From positions 1-64,000 of the forward strand of contig NW_013546667.1 in NCBI RefSeq assembly GCF_000760515.2: DNA of 64,000 nucleotides, given 5' to 3'. This document shows positions 49,080 through 60,349 of this stretch, one piece after another (position 1 is the first letter of the stretch; the number at the start of each line of letters is the position of its first letter). The notes beneath the pieces were generated by a model that was not told the origin of the DNA, did no database searches, and saw only the letters and a list, made by a program, of their open reading frames with translations. Position numbers and translations under genes: made by a program. Source of the DNA: Mitosporidium daphniae (taxonomy: Eukaryota).

Positions 49080-50681
49080 TTAGGAGAGCACCAAAATCAT
49101 TGAGAGGATATACCCTCCTGATCCGCTCATTTTCATCTTGGGGTGAAACCTTCCGGGAAGAACCTAAAGTAAAGCAACAGATGCAAAACCTGATGGAACC
49201 TCATCCAACTTTCCGTCAGGGAAACGTTTACAAAATTTTCATGGGAGAGAGCCCAATCAAATATGGGAAGCAAAATCTAAAAATGATATGCACACACCAA
49301 AGCACCTCTTTGAATTGTGAATAAATAACGATCGAGCCAGAGGGTTCCACAATTTCAGAAAAACAGTTAATGGTCAGCTTTATGAACTCAGAAATGCTGT
49401 GATGCTGAAAATCGCTGGGAGATATGGCCAAAATAAGAGAATCAAATGGCCTTACATCATTACTTTTATTGAATAGCTCTTGAATTTTTAGATTTTTCAA
49501 ATGCCGTTTATCTTGACGTTTGACATTTGAAATTCGGATTCGCTTACATTTTGCGCCATCAAACGCCTCTTCGTGATCAAAAGAAGAAGCATCGAGCACA
49601 GTAAGGGGCCCATCAGATTGGGAGGCTGTCTTGATGAGTGGATAACACTGATCATCGACATTTCCATCGACATTTCCATCGACATTTCCATCAACATTTC
49701 CATCAACATGCTCGCTATTACTTTCTTTAGGTTCAGAGGGATCTGGAACCGGTTTTTTGCTGCCATCTGCAATGTTTGATCCCAAAATATATGGTTTAAG
49801 AGGATCTGGCAAAAAGCCAGCATAATCAAGATCACAGAATGAAACGGAAACAATGGTATCCTGTGGAAGGTTGAATTTATACGCAATCTGGTGCGCAATA
49901 CCCGTTCTCCTATGAATGCTGACAGGGAGAGCCTGTCTTTCAGCAAGTGCGCCAAGAAGCAATCCACCAAGATCCTCGTAAACTAAAACCCGCCCATTGC
50001 TTCTAATGTTGGCCAGTGATATCAACTGAGACAATGTGTCCACTCTTAATGACCTTAGCGTAAATATAGCACAAATTTACATCATTTTCTTGGGCACACG
50101 AGTAAAGTAATAGTCACAAAGAGAAAACGAACACACTTGAATCGGTGTAATGGTCCTTAGAAATCTAGATGCATAAAGTAGAAGCCAGCTACTTTTGTTG
50201 CTTCTTTTTTACATATTTGGCCTGGGAAAATTCATTTTTCTCGCTAAAAGTGGTGCTGTTTGCAATTATCTCGTTAATGAGATCTCCAGCCTGGGCCTCT
50301 CCGCTCTTTATATGATCCTTAAGTTTGTCGATGTCTGCGTCAGTGAGCCGCTGCGAGGCGCTATCGGGCGACAAAAATTGGTTGTTTCTTGTCACTAGAT
50401 GAGAATCAGAATGAACCCCAAAATACCTTCCATAGATGCGACCATGCCATCGTCTCCAAGGTCTTGAGGGCTGGTAGAAAGATCTGCGTTAATCACATAC
50501 GGTTGATTAAAATTCAATCCAATCAAATTCTTTGCCGGAATATTTCCAATCTTTTTCAACTTTAAGGAACTAAAAATCAAATAACGCAACATCACCATCC
50601 TTGCATTAATTGAAATAATTTTGTATCTTCCGAGGGCAGCTGAAAAAGAACGAATTCGCCCTCTTTTGTCGAGTTTTCCAT
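49080..50681 (-). CDS. TRM6: tRNA (adenine-58-N1)-methyltransferase non-catalytic subunit
   Basis: QRLT..DI.KLK, NSTTFSEKNEFSQAKY, LRVDTLSQL and GRFHP.M; 5 introns. Confidence 0.9.
49653..49709. repeat. 12-bp coding minisatellite (VDGN repeats) in TRM6
   Basis: CATC(G/A)ACATTTC, about 4.75 copies. Confidence 0.95.
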
Positions 50682-50706
50682 AAAAAATTAAAATTTAATA
50701 TTCCCA

Positions 50707-52844
50707 ATGTTTGGGGAGCCGGAAGGAGCACACAAAGACGAAGTGCATCGTCACATTAAAGCGTCAATTGGACTGGAAAAGCTATCGGAATCATGCAATG
50801 GGAGCAAGAAATCTCCTTCAGAAATTGATAACATTTTTTTTGCTTCAATGGAAAGGATCTCTTTCCTTGTCAAAAAATACAATCAATCTCCCAACGACGA
50901 GGCCAGGGAGTTGATTGCAAAAATTTCACTTGTCGAGCAGCTGAATATTAGAAAGGCCCTCGAAAAAAAGTTTTGTTTGTCTCCGGCCACCGAATACAAG
51001 GCGCAGCCTTACAACTCGTCCGCACTCAAGGTGGCCATCGAGACAATTTCAAATCAATATAAGGTTCAAATTTCGCTTGTAACTATAGAATGAGCATGAA
51101 AAAATACTGAAAGCGTGGAATTGCACGTTCGAACAGTTTGACGCCAATATGTGTGGCAAAAAATCACAACCCGATTTCCGCTCTGCGCCTGTACATGGCT
51201 GTATGCCGCAAAATCGCTTTACCGGAAGACAGGGCGTCGACGATTATAGGACAAACCAAGGAGGCTCGCTTGCAAAAATACCAGCCCATGTTTACAATGG
51301 TGGCAGTGGACATGTTCCACATGCATCCCGGGACAATTTACAGCCGCTTGCTACGGCTACGCAAAATTCGTTTGTAACAGCAAAACAGCAGCTTGTAGGG
51401 TATTTCTTTTCATCTAGATATCGAATTCGCTCAAAAAGCCGCCAGAGGGAGCACATGCTTCCTCGCTGCCGAAAAGGAATCCAGGTCACCGATTGGGCAT
51501 CAATCGTTCGATTTCCTCTGCATCTTCGTCTTCATCCTCATCTTGTGCGCCATACACCTCTTCGTCCGCGTCCGGTACATCTTCTAATTTAGAGGACGAG
51601 TCATATTCCGCCAACTTGTCGCTTTATCAACTGAACCATAACCCATTGGGCCCCAACTCGAAGCAAAATACTGTAAACAATCAGGACGTGGCCGCTTTAT
51701 CTGATGATCGCCTGAAAAACATCGAGCCTAAAATGGTGCAGTTTATCATGAATGAGGTACATTGATCGACCTTTTTTATTAGATCATGGATATTGGAAAG
51801 CCGGTGACATGGGACGATATTGCCGGCTTGGAGCATGCTAAGAAAACCATCAAGGAAATTGTGGTGTGGCCTATGTTGAGACCGTACCTGTTTACATATC
51901 ACCAGTAGAGACATATTTACAGGGCTACGGGGCCCTCCAAAAGGCATCCTTCTGTTTGGACCGCCGGGCACCGGGAAAACACTTATTGGAAAGTGCATTG
52001 CCTCGCAATCGGGAGCGACGTTTTTCAACATCAGTGCCTCTTCACTCACTTCAAAGTGGATTGGCGAGGGCGAAAAAATGGTGCGTGCTCTTTTTGCTGT
52101 TGCACGCTGCCGCTCTCCCTCTGTAATATTTGTAGATGAGATAGACTCCCTGCTTACAGCTCGCACAGAAGGCGAAATGGAAGCCACTAGACGTTTGAAA
52201 ACAGAGTTCCTAATTCAACTTGATGGAGCCGGAACAGACGATGCTCGTCTGCTGCTTATCGGTGCGTGCGTGATCTGCCGTTTGTGCTTGCTATTTTCAC
52301 AATTGAGCGTCCACTGCTACTTTATTGCCTTTTTTCTTCAATCCGGCATCTTTTTACCTTTTACATCCCCGCCCAGTTCTTTTCTCATGCTTTAGGTGCC
52401 ACAAACAGACCCCAGGAGCTTGATGAGGCGGCACGGCGCCGCCTTGTCAAACGGCTCTACATCCCGCTACCGGACGCTGCAGCGAGAGCAGATATTGTAA
52501 GAAGGCTTTGTGCATCAAATAAAATGGCCTCGCTCGTTTCGGACGACTATGTTACCGTTGGCGAGTGGACAGCAGGTACACAAATTTTTCCCAATAGTTT
52601 TGTAGGATATTCGGGCTCTGATATGCACAGTCTCTGCCGAGAGGCTTCCCTTGGCCCCATTCGGTCAATACCCGATATCACATCAATACAGGCCGACCAA
52701 GTAGCATGCCTCAATAACAAATAGGTTCCCCCAATTGGTCTCCATGACTTTCAACATGCGCTTACCCAGGTGCGGGCATCTGTCTCAGATAAAGATCTCG
52801 GGATGTACGAAGAGTGGAATCGACTGTATGGCTCGATGGGCTAA
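50707..52844 (+). CDS. FIGNL1: Fidgetin-like 1 AAA ATPase
   Basis: [37 protein letters not shown] and [20 protein letters not shown] motif upstream of the AAA domain; 7 introns. Confidence 0.9.
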
Positions 52845-52860
52845 TAAATAAAATAATTTA

Positions 52861-53640
52861 TTAATCGTCGGCACTGGATGCATTGTCACTACAGTCTTCG
52901 CCAATGGAGGCATCACTTTGCTCTTCCTCTGATTCTTGGTCCGAATCTTCCTCAATGGTAGTTGCAGATTCGCCCTCATCAGAGTGGCCATCTGAAGCGT
53001 CTCGATCAGAACCATCTACGCTATCTGCATCTTCAGTATCTTCCGTGTCTAGATCCGCCTGCTCAGTAGCTTCATCTTCTATTCTCTCAGAAAAGACCTG
53101 GGCAGGGACAAACTCCTTCTCTTGCGGAGTAAGGCCGCCCTCCAGTCGCATCCCAATCCGATCCACGAGAAAATTTAGTTTTCCCGATAACCTCTCGAGC
53201 TCTGATCGCGAAGATAATCTGGATTCAAGCGTCTCCAACAGACTCCTCAACTGCTCATGCAGCAATGGCGTTGATAGGATAATTGAGCAATGTGCACTGA
53301 TTAGCGCAGAAACCCAAGGCAAATACACCATCAGACGGTTTGGTGACTCCACGATGCAAAGCCCCAGTTTTTTGAAAAATGGAATTGCAAGTGCTTGCGG
53401 TAGTCGCCTTACAGTTATCTCGATGAGCGAAGGATCTTTGAGCCCTTCAGAAAATGCCATCTCCAACATAGAAGTGTCATTCAAATGGACCGCTTGAGAA
53501 AGCGTGCTCACCAGTGTCTTTTTGTCGGAACCAAAATGATTCTGCAAAGGTACTGTGGGGTTCTCCTCGTCCTTGGTCAAATATGATCCTTCAATGGGCG
53601 AAGAAGGCAGGACACTGTTATTTCGTTTCCTTTTTGCCAT
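52861..53640 (-). CDS. UTP5: SSU processome Utp5/WDR43 C-terminal (Utp12-domain) protein
   Basis: L.QA.H.ND..MLE, I..TV.RLP and L.GKL; acidic tail. Confidence 0.8.
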   Translation of the reverse strand: MAKRKRNNSVLPSSPIEGSYLTKDEENPTVPLQNHFGSDKKTLVSTLSQAVHLNDTSMLEMAFSEGLKDPSLIEITVRRLPQALAIPFFKKLGLCIVESPNRLMVYLPWVSALISAHCSIILSTPLLHEQLRSLLETLESRLSSRSELERLSGKLNFLVDRIGMRLEGGLTPQEKEFVPAQVFSERIEDEATEQADLDTEDTEDADSVDGSDRDASDGHSDEGESATTIEEDSDQESEEEQSDASIGEDCSDNASSADD

Positions 53641-53681
53641 TAAATTAAAAAGTAATATTTGCAGCAGTTGAATAAATTTTA

Positions 53682-54659
53682 ATGTGCCATTATTTTATGC
53701 ATCTTGTCCTCGACACCAATGCATTCATCTTCAATGAGGCCGTCAACATTTATCCTAGCGATGAAATATACACAATTCCACAAGTGATCAAAAATGAAAT
53801 CAAAGATGAGGCTGCAAAGCGGTCCCTTTGCATACTCGAGCCAAGGCTTCATATCCAAGTCCCATCCGCAGACTCGATCAGATTTGTGACCGAATTTGCA
53901 AAAAAGACGGGAGACCTGGCGTCATTGTCGATAGTTGATACCCATCTTATAGCTCTCACTCTGGACCTGGAAAAATCCGTTTGCCGAGGAGATATTTCCC
54001 ATTTACGTAGCACCCCTTTGCCCCTGTGTCTTTCCAAAGGACAGCAGAACAATTTGCAAGGTGGATCGCCCATGGACACTTGGATCACATCCAGTTCGTC
54101 CGGTAGTGATGGCACCGATTCGCACGGCAGTACTGAGTCTTCTGCCTCAATGCCACGGGAAGTTGCTTGCCTTTCTTCTGACTTTGCAATGCAGAATGTT
54201 CTTATTCAAATTGGCCTTTGTGCCCGCTCGAGCCAGTCTGGAGCACACATAAAGTCCCTTCGCCATTGGGTCCTTCGCTGTCATGCATGTTACGCCATCG
54301 AGCGCGATTCCACACGCAGGTTTTGCGACAAATGCGGGAATGCCACTCTTTTGCGGACATCTGTTGGTGTTTCTGCAGAGACCGGAGAAATGGTGCTCTA
54401 CTTGAAGAAAAACTTTCAATTCAACAACCGAGGTACAATTTATCCGATTCCCAAAAAGGAAAAACTAAACTTGAGAGAAGATCAAAAGGAGTATCAACGA
54501 TCCATCAAAGTATACCAGCGCTCGCTTTCACGAAGCCAGCGGGAGGATTCCGCCTTTTCTTCGTCCTTTTTTTCTGGCTGTATACGGGCGGGAGAATGCC
54601 AACAGCCCGTCATTGGCTATGGGCGTCGGAATATCAATGCCAGCAAGCTCACAAAGTAA
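53682..54659 (+). CDS. NOB1: 20S pre-rRNA D-site endonuclease
   Basis: LVLDTNAFI, KKTGD..SLS..D, DFAMQNV and LRCHAC..FC..CG; alternative start at 53697. Confidence 0.95.
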   Translation: MCHYFMHLVLDTNAFIFNEAVNIYPSDEIYTIPQVIKNEIKDEAAKRSLCILEPRLHIQVPSADSIRFVTEFAKKTGDLASLSIVDTHLIALTLDLEKSVCRGDISHLRSTPLPLCLSKGQQNNLQGGSPMDTWITSSSSGSDGTDSHGSTESSASMPREVACLSSDFAMQNVLIQIGLCARSSQSGAHIKSLRHWVLRCHACYAIERDSTRRFCDKCGNATLLRTSVGVSAETGEMVLYLKKNFQFNNRGTIYPIPKKEKLNLREDQKEYQRSIKVYQRSLSRSQREDSAFSSSFFSGCIRAGECQQPVIGYGRRNINASKLTK

Positions 54660-54876
54660 CTTATTAAAATCGATATGCACCCATCTGCTAAATAAATTTG
54701 TTCTGTTAGATGCAAGCGTTTGGCCCACATGTGTGCCACACTTGTAAATCAAAGTTGAGACTTAAAAATAGCATATGACACGGCCAACTTTTTCCCACAC
54801 GTTGGTCTTCAAACCCACATCATGTTGGCAACAAAGCTACGGATAGCGATTACTTCCATTTAGTTAAGTTTATTGC

Positions 54877-55260
54877 TTAGTTTTGCTTGCGGCGAATGGA
54901 TACACCTAGTACAAAGTTAAGAAAATAAGCAATACCCTCAGAGATGCGGCAGCGACCACCGGTTGGTTGGCAGAGGATCAACTGGCATTTTGGGCAAGAA
55001 ATGACCGTCTTTGCATGGCTGAATGCGCTGACAATGGTATGGCATTCTACAAAAGATGGGAGACACATATCATACTGCTGCATTTAACATCCATGAAGAA
55101 CGAGTTTGGGCTCTGCACAAGCCGCTTAAGCTTGTGTGTGCGCTTTTGGGTCTGAAGAGATGGATTGAGAAGATCGGTTACGAGCTACCACAATTAGCAA
55201 AGACCAACGGAAAGGGGCACAATGGATGAAATGCAGACAAGAACAAAGACTTACCGGCAT
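54877..55260 (-). CDS. RPS27: 40S ribosomal protein S27
   Basis: Spliced: DLLNPS...[24 protein letters not shown] and CQPTGG; 3 introns. Confidence 0.95.
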
Positions 55261-55337
55261 AATGGCGAATAAAACTACTAAATTTTAAAACTTTAATTTT
55301 CATCATAATGGTTCGAAATTTTATTTACCAAATGGAA

Positions 55338-56660
55338 CTAAGACGGATGCATGTTCTCAATGCTATGTTTTGATGCAACGTCGGGGGAGATTATAATGTG
55401 TCGATGTGGGTAGAGCTCTTTATACGTATTCTTAATGGTCAGCTCGGATATTCCAGTCACCATTGAAATATCTCTAGCTGGCCGTCTGTACTGGGGATGA
55501 AGCAAGGTCACCATGTATATGATTGTTGCTGCAATAGATACTGGGCTCTTTCCAGAGAGACAGTCCAAGAATTGCACCTTTTGACACAGCTGCAATGCGC
55601 TTTTTTGCACCTCCATTGGAAGGGAAAGGTTTGAGCAAAATCGTGCCATAAAATCCTGTATATAAATAATGGATCCCATTGGGCGTTGTTCTTCGCCATT
55701 GAGGGCAATCAAAGGCGAAAGAGATGGACTCTCCACAGGAGATTCTGCTTTCAATGCCGCAACAGCAGGAACGGAGGCCGAAGACGAGGTGGAGAGTTGG
55801 GCCTCTGTGGGGGATCCTCCACCAGAACCCCCAGCAACGGCCTTCGAGGCTGACAAATTTGGCTGCATCAAAGCTGACGTCATTTTTGGCGTAATGGCAC
55901 CATTTGTATGTATTTCACCCTGCGGATATAGATATGGAAAAAGCGCCTTATAACACCGACCAATGTCCTTCTTTGGAATCATCGTCAGAAGCGATATCTC
56001 TTTAAATGTCCGTGTAACGCGCTCCATTCGACAAGCGATGTAGACGCATGCAGCGATGATCCCATCCATTGGCTTTCCCTTTAACAACTTCCCATCCTCA
56101 ACCTTTTTAAACAGATGCTTAGCACAATCTGCAATCCTTTTTGGAAGTCCAATTCGTTCTGAAATGATAGAAATATTTTTAAAGGCGTGGATAATATTTC
56201 GATCCGAGGCTTTCATACTTGTCTTGTTCTGTATTTTTGCAAGATCAAATGAAGAGCCAGATGACGATCCGGATGAAGAAAACGAAGATCCATCTTTTCC
56301 CTTAGGGAGGGAGGAAATGAGCGTTGATTCAATGGTCAACGTCTCGTCATCCCCCTCCCCATACATCAGCGGGTCTTGAGGCCCTCCGACACGAGATGGG
56401 TCATCATTTCCAGATGTTCCATCATTGGCAAATGATCGCCATTCGCTCCTAGTATCTATTATTCGATCGTGAACAACGACCCCACAATCCCGACATACAA
56501 CATCCCCAGATGCATAATCTTCGATAAGATTAGGATTGGCGCTTCTGCATTCTGAACAACTAAATTTAATTGTCAAATCTTGAGAAAATTTTCTCATATG
56601 CACGGCTGATGATGCCAGAGATGGAGGGGCTGGCGGTAGTGGTGGTGATGATGCTAACAT
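55338..56660 (-). CDS. SUA7: Transcription initiation factor IIB
   Basis: Zn ribbon (CSEC, CRDCG), SEWRSF, DPSRVG and two cyclin repeats. Confidence 0.96.
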   Translation of the reverse strand: MLASSPPLPPAPPSLASSAVHMRKFSQDLTIKFSCSECRSANPNLIEDYASGDVVCRDCGVVVHDRIIDTRSEWRSFANDGTSGNDDPSRVGGPQDPLMYGEGDDETLTIESTLISSLPKGKDGSSFSSSGSSSGSSFDLAKIQNKTSMKASDRNIIHAFKNISIISERIGLPKRIADCAKHLFKKVEDGKLLKGKPMDGIIAACVYIACRMERVTRTFKEISLLTMIPKKDIGRCYKALFPYLYPQGEIHTNGAITPKMTSALMQPNLSASKAVAGGSGGGSPTEAQLSTSSSASVPAVAALKAESPVESPSLSPLIALNGEEQRPMGSIIYIQDFMARFCSNLSLPMEVQKSALQLCQKVQFLDCLSGKSPVSIAATIIYMVTLLHPQYRRPARDISMVTGISELTIKNTYKELYPHRHIIISPDVASKHSIENMHPS

Positions 56661-56952
56661 GTTTTGTGGTTATTGATCGTCTTCTCTCCTAAAGAGTAAG
56701 ATTGGATGATCATACGTATTTATTGAGTAAAGTACAATGGTTGTTGATGATCTACCTCTTTTGACAAACGGCTGACCTCCTCTCCACAGAGCAAGCAACA
56801 ACAAAAAATTATGCATGAATGTTGCTTTTGAGTTTTGTGCAAAAAGCGACCCCGATTGGTCCAATCAGTTTAAATCTCCTAACTTTGAAGGTGAAACATA
56901 TTTTTGAAAAAACCCTTTAATTCCAAATTAATTTCACATTAATCCACAAACC

Positions 56953-57732
56953 TCACCATTCAGAAATGGCCAACAAGATTTGCTCCTCAGATGCATCCAG
57001 GTCGAGGGGAGGAAAGATGATACACAGCAGTCCATTTTTGAGCCCAACCGTAATGTTTTCAACGTTAGTTTGAGATGGCACTCTTAGTTTTTCGTCGATT
57101 TCTTTTTGAATCAAAGGTCCTCTATTTGATTCAGAAATGGCACAAGTTCCACGAATCGATATCATTCTCTTGTCCCCAGAGATGGTCACTTTAAGATCAT
57201 TTGCGGAACAACCAGAGACGTCCACAACCATCATTTTCTCACCCTCTTCAAGGTTGTTAATGCGTTCCTCGCTTTCCTTGGTGAAAAGCGCATCGGGCAT
57301 CAGTTTCCCGAACAATTTATGAAGCTTTGCCGAGATATCGGAATGAGGATCTTCCTCTTCTGCCATTACCTTGTTCTTGGACTCTTTAAGCTGTTCAGAG
57401 ACTTGTGACCACAGCGTTTCAACATCTTGAACCAGTCTATCTTTCCACTGGCCCAAGTTTCCCAAAAGATCGTCTTTATCCATCAAATGAGCAGTCTCAT
57501 CTTTGCATTTCTGGAGTCTCTCCATCATGCCTTCTTTGATATTCTCGAGTTTCGATTTTACCGAATGTGGGGTTTGCTTCTCAATTTGGCTTTGAATTTT
57601 CTTTGGCCCATCTGTTTGCAAATCCGGGATATTTTTAAATGCGGGATAATCATTCCACACCCCGGCAATCAGTGCCAAAATTAGGAAAATTTTCAACAGC
57701 GCAAGCGACATCTTTGCGGGAAACGAATTCAT
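56953..57732 (-). CDS. Small heat-shock (alpha-crystallin domain) protein with N-terminal signal peptide
   Basis: SLALLKIFLILALIAG hydrophobic leader. C-terminal VDVSG....DLKV, I.G and LKNGLL.I..P. Alternative start at 57711. Confidence 0.75.
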   Translation of the reverse strand: MNSFPAKMSLALLKIFLILALIAGVWNDYPAFKNIPDLQTDGPKKIQSQIEKQTPHSVKSKLENIKEGMMERLQKCKDETAHLMDKDDLLGNLGQWKDRLVQDVETLWSQVSEQLKESKNKVMAEEEDPHSDISAKLHKLFGKLMPDALFTKESEERINNLEEGEKMMVVDVSGCSANDLKVTISGDKRMISIRGTCAISESNRGPLIQKEIDEKLRVPSQTNVENITVGLKNGLLCIIFPPLDLDASEEQILLAISEW

Positions 57733-57759
57733 CTGAGCTCGCCGCACATTTAGCGCCCC

Positions 57760-57766
57760 ATTTATA
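57760..57766 (-). promoter_or_regulatory. Candidate TATA box of the signal-peptide sHSP gene
   Basis: TATAAAT on the minus strand, about 30-50 bp upstream of the candidate start codons. Confidence 0.45.
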
Positions 57767-57932
57767 GCAAGTGCGGAAAGAAGCCTATGGTCGCATCAAA
57801 GTAAATCTAATTTTATTTGTGCAATTTGTATTGCAAACGGCGCGGAAATCGGCCTAAAATCAAGGCGAACTCTGTTCGCACGCAGCGAATTCAAACCCCA
57901 CGAGGGAGCGTGGTAAAGCTTGGTTTATTTGG

Positions 57933-58966
57933 CTAATATTCGTGACCGGACTTGGGCTTGAAAACCCCATCAATAATATCGGTCATCGAAACGACACCCA
58001 AAAGCTTTGGATGTGCAGAACCAGCCCTGTTTGGAGAAGTTGCGGGATTTTCCACCACCCACACGCGATGAGTACTGGTGGCCAAAAGCTTCTCAATCAC
58101 ATTTATTAGCGGCGTGTCTTCGTAAACATCGTAATACGGATACCTAGTGTCAATACTTGTATGCTTACCTGTCCCCTCCTCTGGATATGCCGATTTCAGA
58201 TAGTACCATTGAAATAAAAGGTAGCACCGGCTGAAATAAGAAGCTTTTCGGATCCTTTTTGAAGATCAAGTATTGCAAGTCCGATGCCGAGAGATGCCCG
58301 ACGATCAGATTGTTTTTCTCGACCACGGCAACGGAGGAGACAGAGTTGACCCTCATTTTCCTAATTGCCTCAATTAATAGTTCGCTGGGGTTAACGCTAA
58401 CAGCGGGGTATGTAATTTTGATTAAATGGGAAAGGGGCAATAGAAAGTCGTTGTCCCGCTTTCCCTGCTGCTCTTTGAGGATCCAACGAAGAAGATCCGA
58501 TTGCGACAAAACGCCGCAAATCCTTTCGGAAGGCTTTGGAATGTCCGTTTTGGAAATAGCGTCATTCATAAGCACAATGCGATGGATTCCCATCCCCAAC
58601 ACCTCAATGGCATTTAGAATGGGCGAATCAATGCCGGTCGAATAGAAGGGATCTTTCATTGATCGATCGACAAGCGTACGGGCCGTGGCTTCGAGTTGGA
58701 GGCCGTCCACGCCTTTGTGAAGCAAAAAATCGGCAAGATCGACATAGTCCAGCATCCCACATATAACGCCCGTATCTGGATCAACCACGGGCGCAGATGA
58801 TATATGATGGTCTGATAGGGTCTAAACATTAATGGCAACGAGTGTGTGCCTTGTATGCAGCTATGGTGTTCGAGTCGGCCGAAATACACACAACCGCCTT
58901 AGTAGCATGGGGGGAGTCTACGATGCTCCTGCAAGTGACATTCTTGACATGTTGAAAGTCCAGCAT
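57933..58966 (-). CDS. CBS-domain protein (Sds23/24-like)
   Basis: Four CBS repeats: ISSAPVVD, GIHRI, VSSVAVV and HRVWVV; 2 introns, the first GC-AG. Confidence 0.85.
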
Positions 58967-59036
58967 CACTTAATTTTAACGAGTGACCAAAGTTTGAATT
59001 GATTGGAAATTAATTAACATTCAAGGAAATGTTTTG

Positions 59037-59094
59037 GAAAATTCTATTTGCAAACTTAACTTTCTCGAAGGTTTGGTAGCGTGGGCCATAAATA
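59037..59094 (+). promoter_or_regulatory. Heat-shock elements plus TATA-like box upstream of HSP20
   Basis: GAAaaTTC (59037-44), TTCtcGAA (59062-69) and CATAAATA (59087-94). Confidence 0.55.
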
Positions 59095-59121
59095 GCCACA
59101 GTTTGGGCCGCCGTCCCCACA

Positions 59122-59661
59122 ATGTACGCAGACAGATTTTTCAGACGATCTTTGAGGGACATTGATGCCATGTTCGAAAGGATGTTCGATATGCCAGCCT
59201 TGTTCAGATTTCCCATGACCAGGGATCTCGGAAGATCCTCACCATCTGTGGATGTCAGAGAAACCGATTCGCAATATATCATTGAGGCAGAGCTACCTGG
59301 GGTCCGCAAGGAAGACATACGTGTCCAATGCTTTGAAGGTCGCACCATTTCACTTGATGGCTTCTACTCTCGAAAATACTCTGCACCGTCCTCTAACGAG
59401 CTGAGTGGTAAGCCCGAAGAGGACACTTCTGAAAGCATGTCCGTAGAAAAGCGCTCGTCTTCAACAGATGTTGCAAAGGAACAGCCGCATAATGTTCTCC
59501 AAGCTGAAAGGGCCGAAGGAAAATTCTTCAGATCATTCACTCTTCCTGAGGAAATCGACTGTTCCAAGATTGACGTCACTTTTGAGAATGGACTTTTATC
59601 CATCATCGCGCCAAAGTCCGAGGGAAAACGCGGAATCCCAGTCACCATCAACGTCAAGTAG
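59122..59661 (+). CDS. Small heat-shock protein HSP20 (cytosolic type)
   Basis: PSVDVRET, AELPG..KEDI, ER..GKF.RSF.LP, FENGLL.I..PK and a terminal I-x-V motif. Confidence 0.95.
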   Translation: MYADRFFRRSLRDIDAMFERMFDMPALFRFPMTRDLGRSSPSVDVRETDSQYIIEAELPGVRKEDIRVQCFEGRTISLDGFYSRKYSAPSSNELSGKPEEDTSESMSVEKRSSSTDVAKEQPHNVLQAERAEGKFFRSFTLPEEIDCSKIDVTFENGLLSIIAPKSEGKRGIPVTINVK

Positions 59662-59684
59662 CCTCATGTAGATCAATAAATTTA

Positions 59685-60161
59685 TTACAAGGACGTAGGC
59701 TTTCTCTCACTAAGGCTTTCAGAAGCTATTTTGAGGATGGAGCTGTTGAACGCTTGACACTTTATCGGCATGTCTAGCGTGTAAAATGGGTTCTTCAAGA
59801 TGCAATTGGCGTATGACGAATATAGCCTGTTGAAGAACAGTTCTAGCCGTAAATCGTCGATCGGCTCTTCCGAGTGTGAAATCAAAAGAAACTTCAGTCC
59901 AGTTACGGTCTGTCTGCAATGAAGATTGAATTCCCTCCCATTGATCGTGGTGATGCCAAACCCGACAAACGGACCCAGCGAAACCGGCGTGCACTTTGAA
60001 TCGGGAACCAAAAGACAGGAGATGGCATGTATGGATTGAAAAGTAGAGGCCAAAACCATTAGGTGGTTACTGGAAGCCAGCGACCCACTTTCCGTGGGAA
60101 AGTCGAACGAAAATATGAGGCCCCCGGCCTTGTTGATGATAAGCAAAGAGAATGAAGACAT
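59685..60161 (-). CDS. TRS23: TRAPP complex subunit Trs23 (TRAPPC4)
   Basis: IINKAGGLI, LASTFQSIHAI, QT.TGLKF and LKNPFY..DMPI.C. Confidence 0.93.
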   Translation of the reverse strand: MSSFSLLIINKAGGLIFSFDFPTESGSLASSNHLMVLASTFQSIHAISCLLVPDSKCTPVSLGPFVGFGITTINGREFNLHCRQTVTGLKFLLISHSEEPIDDLRLELFFNRLYSSYANCILKNPFYTLDMPIKCQAFNSSILKIASESLSERKPTSL

Positions 60162-60349
60162 AACCCTAAAATTGGGCCAAGATTTTACTTTATTTGGCCA
60201 ATGTGCATGGTGCCGATAAATCAGTTGCCTTTACAACACTTGCGTTGCATGTGGCAAGCATTTTTGGTGCACCCAACCACAATGCAGCATGTGATTTTGA
60301 TTTGACATTGAGAAGGGACGAAAATGGCAGACCTCAATGTCGAATCAAG

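Noticed and set aside
49653..49709. VDGN repeat as a functional metal-binding motif
   Set aside because: It lies in a variable linker of TRM6 and looks like recent slippage.
52883..53497. Long antisense ORFs (e.g. 52883-53497, 51681-52187, 25926-26588)
   Set aside because: They are shadow frames of real genes on the opposite strand and carry no motifs of their own.
54721..54738. 18-bp near-palindrome TGGCCCACATGTGTGCCA
   Set aside because: Short, with one mismatch; could arise by chance.
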